In this document: one piece after another, positions 7,760 through 17,292 of the stretch
Layout: each line of letters begins with the position of its first letter
Numbering within the stretch: the first letter of the stretch is position 1
Source of the DNA: a virus
Taxonomy: Duplodnaviria; Caudoviricetes
Strand: one strand, 5' to 3'
DNA length: 33,650 nucleotides
IMG/VR virus record: IMGVR_UViG_3300032155_000027
Location: 1 to 33,650 of that record
The notes under the pieces: model-generated
Seen by the model: only the letters and a program-made list of their open reading frames with translations
Database searches by the model: none
What the model was told of the DNA's origin: nothing
Made by a program: the position numbers and the translations under genes

Positions 7760-8492
7760 AGGTGGCCATGACGCCCCGCAGTCTGGCGGCGGCCAGGTCT
7801 GCATACTCGGGCGAGATCTCGATGCCCACATACCTCCTCCCGGTTCGCAGGCAGGCCTCCCCGGTGCTGCCGCTCCCGGCGAACGGATCGAGGACGATAC
7901 CGCCCGGCCGCGTCGTGGCCAGCAAATCTTCAAGGAGGGGGACGGGCTTCTCGGTCAGGTGAATCTTCCGCCCAGCGTTGACGCTGTGCCTATGGACGCC
8001 GGGGAAGCACGTGCGGCTATAGGTTCCCGGCTTGCCCTTGCTCCCGCAGATGACGAACTCCGCGTCCCGCTTGAAATCGCCCAGGGTGGGCCTGGCGCTC
8101 GGCTTGTGCCAGACGACGATGCCGCGCCACATCCACCCGGCTGCCTGGACGGCGTCGGTCATGGCCGGGAGCTGCCGCCAGTCCGTGAAGACCATGAGTC
8201 GCGCCCCGTCGTTGGAGATGCGCCAGCACTCCGCGAGCCACAGGGAGGCCCACAGGGTGAACGACCGCTGGTCGCGGTTGTCTCCCAACATGGCAGGGTA
8301 TGTCTTCTTCGTGTTGGACTGCTGGTACTTCTTCGCCGGGTCAGCCTGCCGCGCCCCGATGGTCATGCCGCCGGTCGAATAGGGCGGATCTGTGAGGATG
8401 GCGTCGGCCGTTCCGGCGGGCATGTCCCGCAGGATGGCCAGCGAGTCTCCGTGGTGCAGTTCAGCGCGTTCGGTCGAAAGGACAATGGACAT
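7758..8492 (-). CDS. N6-adenine/N4-cytosine DNA methyltransferase (beta class)
   Basis: Motif IV TDPPY precedes HLTEKP and motif I VLDPFAGSGST. AAGGAG RBS before the ATG at 8492. Confidence 0.92.
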   Translation of the reverse strand: MSIVLSTERAELHHGDSLAILRDMPAGTADAILTDPPYSTGGMTIGARQADPAKKYQQSNTKKTYPAMLGDNRDQRSFTLWASLWLAECWRISNDGARLMVFTDWRQLPAMTDAVQAAGWMWRGIVVWHKPSARPTLGDFKRDAEFVICGSKGKPGTYSRTCFPGVHRHSVNAGRKIHLTEKPVPLLEDLLATTRPGGIVLDPFAGSGSTGEACLRTGRRYVGIEISPEYADLAAARLRGVMAT

Positions 8493-8658
8493 GCGAGTCT
8501 CCTTCCCGAGGCTCATGGCCTTCTAGGTTGGGACTCGTGGCCCTCAGATAGGTGAACGCCCCGCAGCGGGGGCAGCGGATTTCAAGGTCGACCACGACGC
8601 CGCGGGCGAGCAGCTTGGCGCAGTTCCCGCAGCGGATCTCGGGGAGCGTGGAGCGCAT
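8461..8658 (-). CDS. com: Mu Com-family zinc-finger regulator
   Basis: EIRCGNCAKLLA...EIRCPRCG; its 3' end overlaps the start of the MTase, as in Mu com-mom. Confidence 0.85.
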   Translation of the reverse strand: MRSTLPEIRCGNCAKLLARGVVVDLEIRCPRCGAFTYLRATSPNLEGHEPREGDSHVHCPFDRTR

Positions 8659-9783
8659 CTAGGACGTCGCGCTCCCGATGTTGCCGAGATGCCCGTCGAG
8701 CGACGTCACCTCGGCCGACACGGCCCCGCCCTGCTCGATGACCAGGGTATCGGGGTGGGTGTGCCCGGCCAGGATGGCGAGCGCGTCCCGGATGTCCTGC
8801 AGGGCTGCCAGGATCTCGCCGAACAGGTTCACCCCGCCGTTTGCTGCCGTGCAGGTGAACGTCCCGCGCGCCGCGAACAAAATATCCCCTGCGGTGATGC
8901 TCTTGTCGCCCTCCACCTCCTCGGTGCTCGATCCGCCGACCTCCTCGCTCTTGCTCCCCCCGACGCTCTCGGTGTCGCCCCCCGTGACCGTGGTCGTTTT
9001 TTCTCCGGAAACGACCAGGCTGCGCCCAGCGCCCACGGTCACGGACTGCCCGCCCTTGACCGTGCAGGCCTGGTCCCCGCCGACCGTCTCGGTGGCGTTC
9101 CCCGCGGTGGTGTGCGTCGAGTCGCCTCCGGCCGTCAGGTTGAGCGCCCCGAGCGTCCCGAGGTCCGCGCGCAGCCCGGCAAGCATGGTCAGGACCGTGC
9201 CCACCTCCACGGTGCGCATGCCCTCCACTTCGATGGTCGAGTGCTCGGAGATCCGCACGATCTCGCGCGCCAGCTCGCGCACGCTCTCCACGGCCTTGAC
9301 CAGCCTGGTCATCGAGTCGTCCTCGATGGCCGCGTCCGTGCGCCGCGTCCAGTTGCCGCTCGCATCCGCGCGCTGCATCACGGTCGGGGACTGCTGCAGC
9401 AGGATCTCCTTGGGGGCCACGGCGGGAAGCGAGACGCCCATGGGGTAGATCTGCCGGATAATCGGATGGTCGGGCCTGCCGTAGGCGAAGCCGACGACCA
9501 CGAGCGCCCCCGGCTCGGGGAACGCGAACGTGCCGCACTCCTGCCCTGCCCCGGTCGCCACGGGAAGGGGTACGGCGGTGTACGTCGGGAAATTCTCGTC
9601 CGGCTCCATGTCCGGCGTCAGAATCTCGATGTCGACCGCATAGCGCGGCCGGAAGCGCTCGCAGGTCACGCCCTCGCCCGGCTGGTCGGCCAGGGCCACG
9701 ACGCGGGCGTAGCGGTCCAGGTGCAGCCCTCCGGACAACTCAGGGAAGAGTTTCAGGACTGCGGACTTTACTGCGTCTTGCAT
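8659..9783 (-). CDS. Baseplate central spike (gpV/gp5-like)
   Basis: OB-fold-like N-terminus (FAFPEPGALVVVGFAYGRPDHP), 8-residue V-x-G beta-helix repeats and a C-terminal HTH (HxH) metal site. Confidence 0.78.
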   Translation of the reverse strand: MQDAVKSAVLKLFPELSGGLHLDRYARVVALADQPGEGVTCERFRPRYAVDIEILTPDMEPDENFPTYTAVPLPVATGAGQECGTFAFPEPGALVVVGFAYGRPDHPIIRQIYPMGVSLPAVAPKEILLQQSPTVMQRADASGNWTRRTDAAIEDDSMTRLVKAVESVRELAREIVRISEHSTIEVEGMRTVEVGTVLTMLAGLRADLGTLGALNLTAGGDSTHTTAGNATETVGGDQACTVKGGQSVTVGAGRSLVVSGEKTTTVTGGDTESVGGSKSEEVGGSSTEEVEGDKSITAGDILFAARGTFTCTAANGGVNLFGEILAALQDIRDALAILAGHTHPDTLVIEQGGAVSAEVTSLDGHLGNIGSATS

Positions 9784-10454
9784 TTGACCTCCATCTCGTG
9801 CCCGGAAAGTCGCACGCTCAGTACGCGCTTGCCGTTGAGCACGGCCCCAGGCCGCAGTCCGGGGATGCAGGTCACGGTCTGCGCGGAGGCAGTGACCTTG
9901 CTGAAAAATTCCTGCGAAAGCTCCACGGGCGCGTTCGGCCAGCGCGAGTCAGCCCATGAGCCGACGAAGACCTTGCCGTCGCCCTGCGTCAGCCAGACGT
10001 AGTCCTCGATGCCGAAGCAGTCCCCGAGGCTGGCCAGGCCGTGAAAACCGGAGCCCAGACCGTAGAATGCCGAGATCCTTGTCGAGGCGTAGGGCCTGTC
10101 GGGAACGATGAAGCCCAGGCCCGTCCGCTCCGCATAGGCGGCGATGACCTCGCGCAGCGTAGGATGGCGCAGCGCAAGCGGATGCTGCGTGTCCATCCTG
10201 GCGGAGATCTCGCGGCAGAACATACGCTGCTGCCCGGCGTCGACCGCCGTGCTCTTCTCCACCTCTCCGGTGAAGAACAGCGTGAGGGCGTCCTCGAAAT
10301 GCCATCCGAGGGCGAAGGTGACCTCTCCCGAGAGCGCTTCCTCGGACCGCACCTGGAAGACGGCCCGGCCTGGACGGTCGTGGTCCAGGCGGACGTCCTC
10401 GGACACGAGCGGCAGCTCCTGCCCTGCGACCGTGAGACGCTTGATGAGGCGCAC
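9768..10454 (-). CDS. Baseplate hub-like tail protein
   Basis: Lies directly before the spike in an HP1-type gene order; coupled start and stop codons. Confidence 0.6.
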   Translation of the reverse strand: MRLIKRLTVAGQELPLVSEDVRLDHDRPGRAVFQVRSEEALSGEVTFALGWHFEDALTLFFTGEVEKSTAVDAGQQRMFCREISARMDTQHPLALRHPTLREVIAAYAERTGLGFIVPDRPYASTRISAFYGLGSGFHGLASLGDCFGIEDYVWLTQGDGKVFVGSWADSRWPNAPVELSQEFFSKVTASAQTVTCIPGLRPGAVLNGKRVLSVRLSGHEMEVKCKTQ

Positions 10455-10996
10455 TACTTACTCCCCTCGTCATAGTCGCCCAGGGCGGAGTTGGCCGCCT
10501 TGAGCTGCTTCTCGAACCAGGAAAGCTCCTCTTTCTTCTCTTCCACGGGAGCCGAGACGGCCTCGCCGTTGTTCTGCTGCGCCGCGGCCTCCTTGGGCGT
10601 CTCCCTGGACTCCGCGCGCTCGGGGACGGAAATGTGTTCCGCCAGGGAGAAGGACACCAGCCAGCAGCGCTTGCCCTCCTGCTCGTCGGCTTTGAAGTCT
10701 CCGGAGAATCGCCCTTGGCGCATCCCCGCCACGTTGGCCGTGGCGTTGGTGATGGCGTAGACCTTGTTGTCTCCCCCGCTCGTCTGCTCGGCCACCCGCG
10801 TCAGGTTGCGCAGATCAGCCTCGTCCTTGAAGCGGATGTAGATCTTGCAGTCGAGCTGCTTGCCTTTGGTCCCCTTCTTGGCCTTGGCGGTCGAGGACGT
10901 CTCTCCCGAGGCGTCTTCGTCCTTGAATTTGTGGGTGATGCCGACCTGCAGGCCGTAGCCGGGCACGGTGAAGTCATCGAGCATCAAAAAGCTCAC
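10454..10996 (-). CDS. Conserved HP1-type tail/baseplate protein
   Basis: GTG at 10996 overlapping the upstream TGA; DASGETSST...KGTKGK motif; tail-operon context. Confidence 0.55.
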   Translation of the reverse strand: MSFLMLDDFTVPGYGLQVGITHKFKDEDASGETSSTAKAKKGTKGKQLDCKIYIRFKDEADLRNLTRVAEQTSGGDNKVYAITNATANVAGMRQGRFSGDFKADEQEGKRCWLVSFSLAEHISVPERAESRETPKEAAAQQNNGEAVSAPVEEKKEELSWFEKQLKAANSALGDYDEGSK

Positions 10997-11931
10997 AGGA
11001 TGCCCTCCAGCGGGTTTTGCAGGCCGAAGGCCTCTTTGTAGTACGAGACCTGGCTTTTCGTGCCGTACCAGCACACAGCCGCGCAGCACTTGAACGATGC
11101 GTCAAGAGGCGGCGCGAAGCGCGCCAGCAGGGGGGCCATTTCGGCCACCAAGCCTTCGAGGTAGACCCCGAACCAGGCGTCGTTCTGACCAGACATGGAC
11201 GCGGAGAGATCGTCCATGGCCTGCTGCCGCTCCTGCGCGGCCGCGGTGCGCTTTTGCCGGAACGCTGCCAGCCTGCCCGTGGGGGATGCCTGCGCGGCCT
11301 CCATGCCTTCGGCCACGGCGATCTGCCCGCCCAGGGCGCGCGATGTCGCCCGCCCGGTTGCGCTGCGGTCAGGCGACGCGCTGCCCCAGGACGGGTATCC
11401 AGGGGCGGAGGGGACCACGAATTTATCCCGCTCGAAGGTCGAAAGGCTCTTGGCCCGGCGCTCGGCCTGCTGCAGCTCGGGTATGGGGTAGACGTCGTTG
11501 AACTCGCCAAGGGCGGATGCGAGCTGCCCTGGCTCCGCCGTGGCCATGACCAGGAGCACGAGCCCGGAGTCCAGGGACGGGATCTCTCCGGAGGCGATAG
11601 CCTCGGCCGAGGCTGCGACGAGCCGCGCTCCTATGGCCTCGATTGCCCCTTGCGGGGTCAGGTAGGAGTTCTCCCCGCGCCTCGTGCCCACGCCGTGCTG
11701 GTAGGGCGTGACCGCGATGTAGCTGGCCCGCTCGGAAAGCACCCCGGAGGCCTGCGCGCGGGCTTCGTCAGCCCCGCCGCTCTCCGGCTCTTCGTCCGGA
11801 AGGCCGAGGCCGTCGAGCGCTCCGCTCCCGGATTCCATGGCCGCCTGCGCCGCCGCGAGCACGGCCACAAGTCCTTCGGCCACGGCCAGGATAGTCTCTG
11901 GAGACTGGAACGAAACCGGCTGCCACAGCAT
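10993..11931 (-). CDS. Tail-region hypothetical protein (312 aa)
   Basis: Long ORF with operon-like spacing and typical codon usage. Confidence 0.65.
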   Translation of the reverse strand: MLWQPVSFQSPETILAVAEGLVAVLAAAQAAMESGSGALDGLGLPDEEPESGGADEARAQASGVLSERASYIAVTPYQHGVGTRRGENSYLTPQGAIEAIGARLVAASAEAIASGEIPSLDSGLVLLVMATAEPGQLASALGEFNDVYPIPELQQAERRAKSLSTFERDKFVVPSAPGYPSWGSASPDRSATGRATSRALGGQIAVAEGMEAAQASPTGRLAAFRQKRTAAAQERQQAMDDLSASMSGQNDAWFGVYLEGLVAEMAPLLARFAPPLDASFKCCAAVCWYGTKSQVSYYKEAFGLQNPLEGIL

Positions 11932-11934
11932 CGG

Positions 11935-12186
11935 CTACCTCTTCCAGAACGCCCACCCGAGCGCCCGCACGACCAGCCAGTAAGCCCAGGCCCGCACGGG
12001 CCAGCCGCGGCGGATCATGCAGTCGCGCAGCAGCGCGTCGGCCCATGCGCGCCATGCGGCCGGGCCACCTTGCTCATAGGCGAGGTCATGCTCGTTACAG
12101 CACGCTTCCCACGGCGGCGGCCCGCCTGTGAGCCAGCGCCAGAGGCGTGATATGCCGCCCGCGGCTCCGCATCCGTTGCTAGCCAC
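11935..12186 (-). CDS. Small protein with phospholipase A2-like motif
   Basis: NGCG...ACCNEHDLAY...ADALLRDC; Trp-rich amphipathic C-terminus. Confidence 0.55.
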   Translation of the reverse strand: MASNGCGAAGGISRLWRWLTGGPPPWEACCNEHDLAYEQGGPAAWRAWADALLRDCMIRRGWPVRAWAYWLVVRALGWAFWKR

Positions 12187-12188
12187 GC

Positions 12189-12830
12189 CTAGGCTCCGGG
12201 CAGGGTGTAGGCCGGGTTGATGGCTAGGATCGCGGCCACGTCGCCCGCGGCGTGGGCCGCGGTGAGTTGGTCGTGATAGCCGTTGCGCTGCCCGGCCACG
12301 CTGACGCCTGCCGCGCGCCAGGCGTCAGCATTGGCCACGATGCGCTGGGCCTGCTGCGTGACGGACAGGACCGTGCCCCCCACGGCCGCGCGCCCGGCCA
12401 CCAGGGCCGCGATGGACACGGCCTCGGCCTCGGTGATCTGCCCGGTCAGCAGCGCCCGCGCCTCGCTCTCCTGCGTGGCCCACGTCTCGCGCTCGGACAT
12501 CGGGTATTCCCGCGCGTAGGGTTCCAGGATGGCCTCGGCCAGTGCCTTGATCTCCGCTTGCTTGGTGGCAAAGATCGCGGCCAGGTCCGGGGCAGGGATC
12601 GCCTCCGCGTCGTAGGTCCGCTCGATCCGCTCGCCGGTGTCCACGTCCACGAAGGCCGACGCCCGCTGCATGCCCTCCGTGGGCGTGGTCACGTCCACGA
12701 TCCGCTTGTAGCCAGCGGCGTACAGCCCGGCGTCGGACATGCGAGCCGTGTAGCGCCGGACACCAGCCACGACGATGGTGCGCGGCAGCCGCGCGTGCTC
12801 CTTCAAATCAGGGTATTGCCAGCGGTCCAT
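12189..12830 (-). CDS. Probable tail fibre assembly/chaperone protein
   Basis: Follows the fibre genes; YPMSERETWATQESEARA...IVANADAW pattern seen in fibre-associated proteins. Confidence 0.55.
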   Translation of the reverse strand: MDRWQYPDLKEHARLPRTIVVAGVRRYTARMSDAGLYAAGYKRIVDVTTPTEGMQRASAFVDVDTGERIERTYDAEAIPAPDLAAIFATKQAEIKALAEAILEPYAREYPMSERETWATQESEARALLTGQITEAEAVSIAALVAGRAAVGGTVLSVTQQAQRIVANADAWRAAGVSVAGQRNGYHDQLTAAHAAGDVAAILAINPAYTLPGA

Positions 12831-12841
12831 CTTTCAGCCTC

Positions 12842-14221
12842 CTAGTTGATGCCTGCCAGGGCGCAACGCCAAGGGACGCGGACGACGCCCGTCCAGGGAT
12901 ACGTGGTTCCGGACACGTTGTGGGTGGTGCTGCGCAGCTTGAAGCCGTCGCAAAGGAAGTCCACAACCCCACGAGCGGAGCCGTCGTTTACATACGTGGT
13001 TCCGCCGATGGCGATGGACTCCATCTCCGCCCCGGTGATGACCCGCGCGCCGTTCGCCACCCCATTTCCGAGGTATGAACCTGCATCAATGATGGTGCCG
13101 GGATCGTCCGGGATCAGGGCCGTGTGAATGCCCGAATGGCCTTCGGGCGGAGCATAGACGAAGCCGCGCTGCCCGTATGCGTGGTCCCACACGGTGACTG
13201 TGACGTTTCCGACGCCATACGCATCGAAAAATCTTTCATTGGTCGGCGTCCACGGGAGGGTGCCAACGGGAACACCGTCGCGGAAAAATTTGACGATGCC
13301 CTCAGCAGGAGAGGGGGCAACGCCGACGACATTGCCGACGCCAAAAGTGCCGCTCAATCCGGACGTTCCTCCCTTGTTCCAAAGGGCACCGGTCACGCCG
13401 ACATGGCATGGCGTGTAGCCATAGGAGAGCATGGTAAATTCGGCGTACCACTTGCCCAGCACGGGGATAGGGACGTTCGGGGAATAGAGCATGCCGTCGG
13501 CGTTGTAAGGCCCGCTGTGCGACCGAGTGTTGGCGCGCGAGGTGTAATATCCGGACCAGCTTGGGACGTATAAGAGCCTGTCCACCACCGGGAAGTTGTC
13601 CGTGGGGGTGTCCAGGGTCCACAGGGGGGAGCCAGACGGCGTCCAGTTCCCTATCCCGGCCGCGTCCAATCCAAGCTGCGCTTGGTCCGCGAAGTCGAGG
13701 TGTGTTCCTGCCGGGCCATGCTCTCCGTCGTGTCCCATCCAAACGCAGGATTCCCCCCGCCACGCCGTGGCCGCTCCGACAACGTCCGCGCCGTCGATTA
13801 TGTGGGCGTCGGCAATGAGGCCGTCGAGGTAGGTAGACCCCGACCGCGCCCAGGGGACGTTGACCAGCGCGGTGGTAGCCAATTCGGACAGTAACAGGCG
13901 GCCGTTGACCATGAGGCCAGAGGGGCCAGCCTCGATCAGATACCAGCCGTTCGGGTCACGGAAATAGTGGGGGGTGGTCGCCCCCCAGGCGACCAGATGG
14001 TCGTTGGCATCGAAGTAGATCGTGGAGCCGAGAATCGGCTGCATGGTCCCGAGCGCGCCTCGCTTGACCGCAACCAGCACCGTCACGGTGGCGCTTGTCG
14101 TGTAGGTGCGCTCAAGGGCCTGGCCGCCATAGCACATCATCGCCGCGTCAATGAGCCGCGGATAGCGGCAACGGATGCGAGGGGCGAATCGAGGCATGGA
14201 CGGCAGGAAGGGGGCGGTCAT
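12842..14221 (-). CDS. Putative receptor-binding/tail fibre protein with ConA-like (LamG/SPRY-like) domains
   Basis: ATG at 14221 with GGAGG RBS. Motifs YLDGLIADAHIIDG, DTPTDNF, GKWYAEF, GNVVGVA and FVYAPPEG. Confidence 0.62.
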   Translation of the reverse strand: MTAPFLPSMPRFAPRIRCRYPRLIDAAMMCYGGQALERTYTTSATVTVLVAVKRGALGTMQPILGSTIYFDANDHLVAWGATTPHYFRDPNGWYLIEAGPSGLMVNGRLLLSELATTALVNVPWARSGSTYLDGLIADAHIIDGADVVGAATAWRGESCVWMGHDGEHGPAGTHLDFADQAQLGLDAAGIGNWTPSGSPLWTLDTPTDNFPVVDRLLYVPSWSGYYTSRANTRSHSGPYNADGMLYSPNVPIPVLGKWYAEFTMLSYGYTPCHVGVTGALWNKGGTSGLSGTFGVGNVVGVAPSPAEGIVKFFRDGVPVGTLPWTPTNERFFDAYGVGNVTVTVWDHAYGQRGFVYAPPEGHSGIHTALIPDDPGTIIDAGSYLGNGVANGARVITGAEMESIAIGGTTYVNDGSARGVVDFLCDGFKLRSTTHNVSGTTYPWTGVVRVPWRCALAGIN

Positions 14222-14222
14222 G

Positions 14223-15497
14223 TTACGCCACCTCCCAAATGGTCGCCTCAATCTCGCCGTCGCCATCGCCTTCCAGGTGGATGCGATAGGATTTCCCCGA
14301 CTCCAGGTCGAGGAAGGTGAGCGGGCTGTTCACGGCCTCATGCACGTGTCCGCCGAACCCCGAAAACGCCGCCGTCTCGGCCATGTCCACGCGGACCCGC
14401 AACTCGCCCCCCGGCCACGCGGCCAGACCTGCCGGGTCCGCGAAAATGGCCGAGGCGTGGTCCACCGTGACCCGCTGCCTGTTGCGCGCGGTCAGGTCGA
14501 TCTGCACCGTGCCGTCATCGTCCGTGCCGAGGGCCAGCGGCGGCATGGAGTAGGCTCCGGTGAGCACGGCCACACTGGCCAGGGGCACATACAGATCACC
14601 GTGGGCGTGTCCTGCCGGAGCAAATTTCCCCGCAAAAAGATCCACGTCTGTCGGCCGCAGGTCGGTCACTGTGCCGTCGGCCGCCACGTGGGCGACCTGG
14701 ACGCAGTAGTGCGGGGTGTGGAAGGGGGCGGCCTCGGTGTAGTCAGGAAGGCCAGCGCCCTCCGCCACGAAGGTGGGGGTGACGACGGTCACGACGTCGG
14801 AGCCCTGGGGCTGCATGCTGACGTTCAGGAAGACGTCGCAGGGCAGGGTGGGGAGCACGGCGGGAAGGTCGGCTGCGAGCGCGGCCCGGATGCCCTCGAC
14901 ATACGCCTCGCCGGGCTCGAAGTGGAAGTTCCCCTCGTCATTGACCAGGAGCCAGCCGTCGTTGAGGAAGGCCGCCCGGCCGTAAATGTCGCGGTTGGAC
15001 AGGCGCTCGCGCTCGTCGATGCCCTTGAGGCGCACGGTGAAGTCGAGTTGCCAGACCTCCGCCTCCACGGTCACCCCGAGCAGATCCTGCGCCCCGGTGA
15101 ACTGCAGCATGAAGTTGCGGGTCAGGTTGTTGCCCGGCGTGTTGGTCCCGGCGTCGTTCGCCCGCTTCTCGATGGCCGGAAGCTCGGCCACGGCGATGAG
15201 GACGCCGTGCTCGGAGCAGTAGAGCCCCTGCCAGTTGAAGGTGAAGTCGCCCACGTCCGAGCCGAGCAGGACGGAATACACGACCTGGTTCGGGTTGACG
15301 AAGGCCCGGAACTCCGGGGGGATGGTCGCGCTGTGCACGACATGCGCCACGGGAACGGCCTGCGCCCTGTCGGCCGCCTGGGTGGGGTCCAGGCCGGGCA
15401 CATTGGCGAAAATCATTTGGTCAATGACCAGGGGCAGGCCCTGAGCCTGCAGACTGGCGAGAAGGGCCTCTCCGGCCAGGGTGATAACGCTGCTCAT
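14223..15497 (-). CDS. Tail collar/fibre protein
   Basis: N-terminus ITLAGE...FANVPGLDP...VNPNQVVYSVLLGSDVGDFTFNW...GNNLTRNF is typical of HP1-type fibre N-termini. Confidence 0.8.
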   Translation of the reverse strand: MSSVITLAGEALLASLQAQGLPLVIDQMIFANVPGLDPTQAADRAQAVPVAHVVHSATIPPEFRAFVNPNQVVYSVLLGSDVGDFTFNWQGLYCSEHGVLIAVAELPAIEKRANDAGTNTPGNNLTRNFMLQFTGAQDLLGVTVEAEVWQLDFTVRLKGIDERERLSNRDIYGRAAFLNDGWLLVNDEGNFHFEPGEAYVEGIRAALAADLPAVLPTLPCDVFLNVSMQPQGSDVVTVVTPTFVAEGAGLPDYTEAAPFHTPHYCVQVAHVAADGTVTDLRPTDVDLFAGKFAPAGHAHGDLYVPLASVAVLTGAYSMPPLALGTDDDGTVQIDLTARNRQRVTVDHASAIFADPAGLAAWPGGELRVRVDMAETAAFSGFGGHVHEAVNSPLTFLDLESGKSYRIHLEGDGDGEIEATIWEVA

Positions 15498-16099
15498 GCG
15501 CAGGCCTCCATGGTGCTGTGTGCGTTCTCGAAGACGGCCAGACGCACCCCCATGGCCAGGGGCGGTATCGCCGCGCAAACTGTCATCTGGTCATGGTCAA
15601 AGCGCCCCAGCCTGGCCGTGATGGTCGACGCCTGCCTGGAAACAAGGCGGTAGCGGCGGCAGGTCCGGCCGTACTCCTCGATGATGATCTCGACCAGGCG
15701 CTGGTTTTCGGAAAGATCCTCGTCGGAGAGCACGACGCCCAGGACATCCCAGTCCTGCCCGTCCATGCGCTCCTCCATGTCCATCTCGCCGACCTCCAGG
15801 CGCTGAAAGATGCGCCCCCACCCGGCCACGCTCCCGGCATCCTTGGCGTTCGCGTAGGCGTAGGCCACGCGCAGCCTGTAGGCGCGTTCCGGCTCTCCCC
15901 TGTAGCGCGTAACCCCGCGCTGCCAGGCGATGAGGTCCAGGACGGTCGCCTGGCACGTGAGGGGGTCGAGCTGCCGCGCGGGGAGGAGCGCGACCTGCCC
16001 GAGCTTCTGGAACCAGGACTGTGCGGACGAGGCCAGCGACCCTGTTTCCGCGCCCTCCATCCAAAAGGGGAGCGCCGGGGTTTCGAGGTCGTCGCTCAC
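15494..16099 (-). CDS. Baseplate/tail protein, P2 gpI-like
   Basis: LDPLTC..VLDLIAWQRGV...YRLRV; lies between gpJ and the fibre. Confidence 0.8.
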   Translation of the reverse strand: MSDDLETPALPFWMEGAETGSLASSAQSWFQKLGQVALLPARQLDPLTCQATVLDLIAWQRGVTRYRGEPERAYRLRVAYAYANAKDAGSVAGWGRIFQRLEVGEMDMEERMDGQDWDVLGVVLSDEDLSENQRLVEIIIEEYGRTCRRYRLVSRQASTITARLGRFDHDQMTVCAAIPPLAMGVRLAVFENAHSTMEACA

Positions 16100-17292
16100 G
16101 CTTCGACCCCGCGGGTGATGGCCAGGCTGTTCAAGACAGGAAGCTGCAGGTAGGCGATCACGTCGTCGCTCCCGAACTCGATGCTGCGCAGGTCTGGAAG
16201 GTCGGCGTGCAGCTCCTCGGACAGGCGCGAGAAGCTGAACCGCTCAAGGGGCATGGCCTTGGTCACCGTGTCGAAGCTCGTGTTCTCGCGGAACGCGCAG
16301 CGGATGCGGTCTTCGACCGCCTGCAGGAGCGTCTCCACGCGGTCGTCGCTGGCCGACGTGACCGGCCAGACCTTGGGCGCGAGGTCCAGGGGCAGGCTGG
16401 CGATGGCCATGCACCGCATGTCGTCGCCGTGCCCGTGGTTCCCGGACGCCGTGATGTAGTCGTTGATGGCGTCGATGAACTCCTGCGGGGGGATGCCGCT
16501 CTCGATCATCACGTGGCAGTTGGCCGTTCCCGGACCGCGCGGTCCGTCCTTCTCGAAGAACAGGTAGTCCAGACGGATGCCGCCGTATTCCCCGATCAGG
16601 GCCTTGTAGGCCGCGTCGTGGTGGTACTGCCCCACGGCCATGAACTGGTTCCTGGCGCGCAGGCGCAGGGCGTCATCTTCTTCGACGTCCGCGCCAGGCG
16701 TGGTGAGCCAGTCGGCCGCGTTGGTCACGGACACGATGCCCGGCACGGCTTTGGCCAGGATGGAATAGTACCCAGGCCCTAGGTTGTAGGCCGCTCCGGG
16801 CTTCTCGGCCTGCACGGCGACGTCCAGGAAGAGCTGCCCCTCGGGGATGACCGCCTCGGCGGCCGTGGTCACGGAGTAGACCAGGCCGGAGAGGTCGGGC
16901 GATTCCACGACCGTTCCGGCGGGGATGGTGAGCGTCCCGGCAGCGCTCGCCCGCGTGAAGCGGACGACGCCTACGGCGCTCACGGCGGCTTTGCGCTCGA
17001 CGTCCACGGCCCAGGCGAAGACGTCCAGCCAGGCCCCGGACGCGAAGCGCAGGAACATGTTCGGCAGGGCCGTCCCCACCAGGAGCGACACCAGCCACAC
17101 GGCTGGCTTGGTGACGATGGCCGAGATGAGACGCCAGAAGGGCGACCAGGCGCTGTTGTTGGTGATGAGGCTGCCCTGCTCCGCGTTGATGGCGTCCCAC
17201 TCCGCCTGCATCTCCGACGCGGTGACCGGCATACCGGCCTCCTGCAGCATGGTGGTGAACAGCTCGTCGGAGATGCTCTTCGTGCCGGCCAT
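16096..17292 (-). CDS. Baseplate J/gp47-family protein
   Basis: ASGAWLD, GVVRFTR, IPAGT, GADVEEDDALRLR and RGPGTA motifs. Confidence 0.88.
   Translation of the reverse strand: MAGTKSISDELFTTMLQEAGMPVTASEMQAEWDAINAEQGSLITNNSAWSPFWRLISAIVTKPAVWLVSLLVGTALPNMFLRFASGAWLDVFAWAVDVERKAAVSAVGVVRFTRASAAGTLTIPAGTVVESPDLSGLVYSVTTAAEAVIPEGQLFLDVAVQAEKPGAAYNLGPGYYSILAKAVPGIVSVTNAADWLTTPGADVEEDDALRLRARNQFMAVGQYHHDAAYKALIGEYGGIRLDYLFFEKDGPRGPGTANCHVMIESGIPPQEFIDAINDYITASGNHGHGDDMRCMAIASLPLDLAPKVWPVTSASDDRVETLLQAVEDRIRCAFRENTSFDTVTKAMPLERFSFSRLSEELHADLPDLRSIEFGSDDVIAYLQLPVLNSLAITRGVEA

Noticed and set aside
7353-7761. ORFs across the 7372-7759 region
   Set aside because: No RBS and no protein-like composition; the region is better explained as a terminator plus cis element.
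7758-8492. Restriction-modification system
   Set aside because: No endonuclease gene adjacent; the MTase is an orphan coupled to com.
12842-15497. Diversity-generating retroelement or invertible tail-fibre cassette
   Set aside because: No reverse transcriptase or serine invertase in the window, and no template/variable repeat pair or flanking inversion sites seen.
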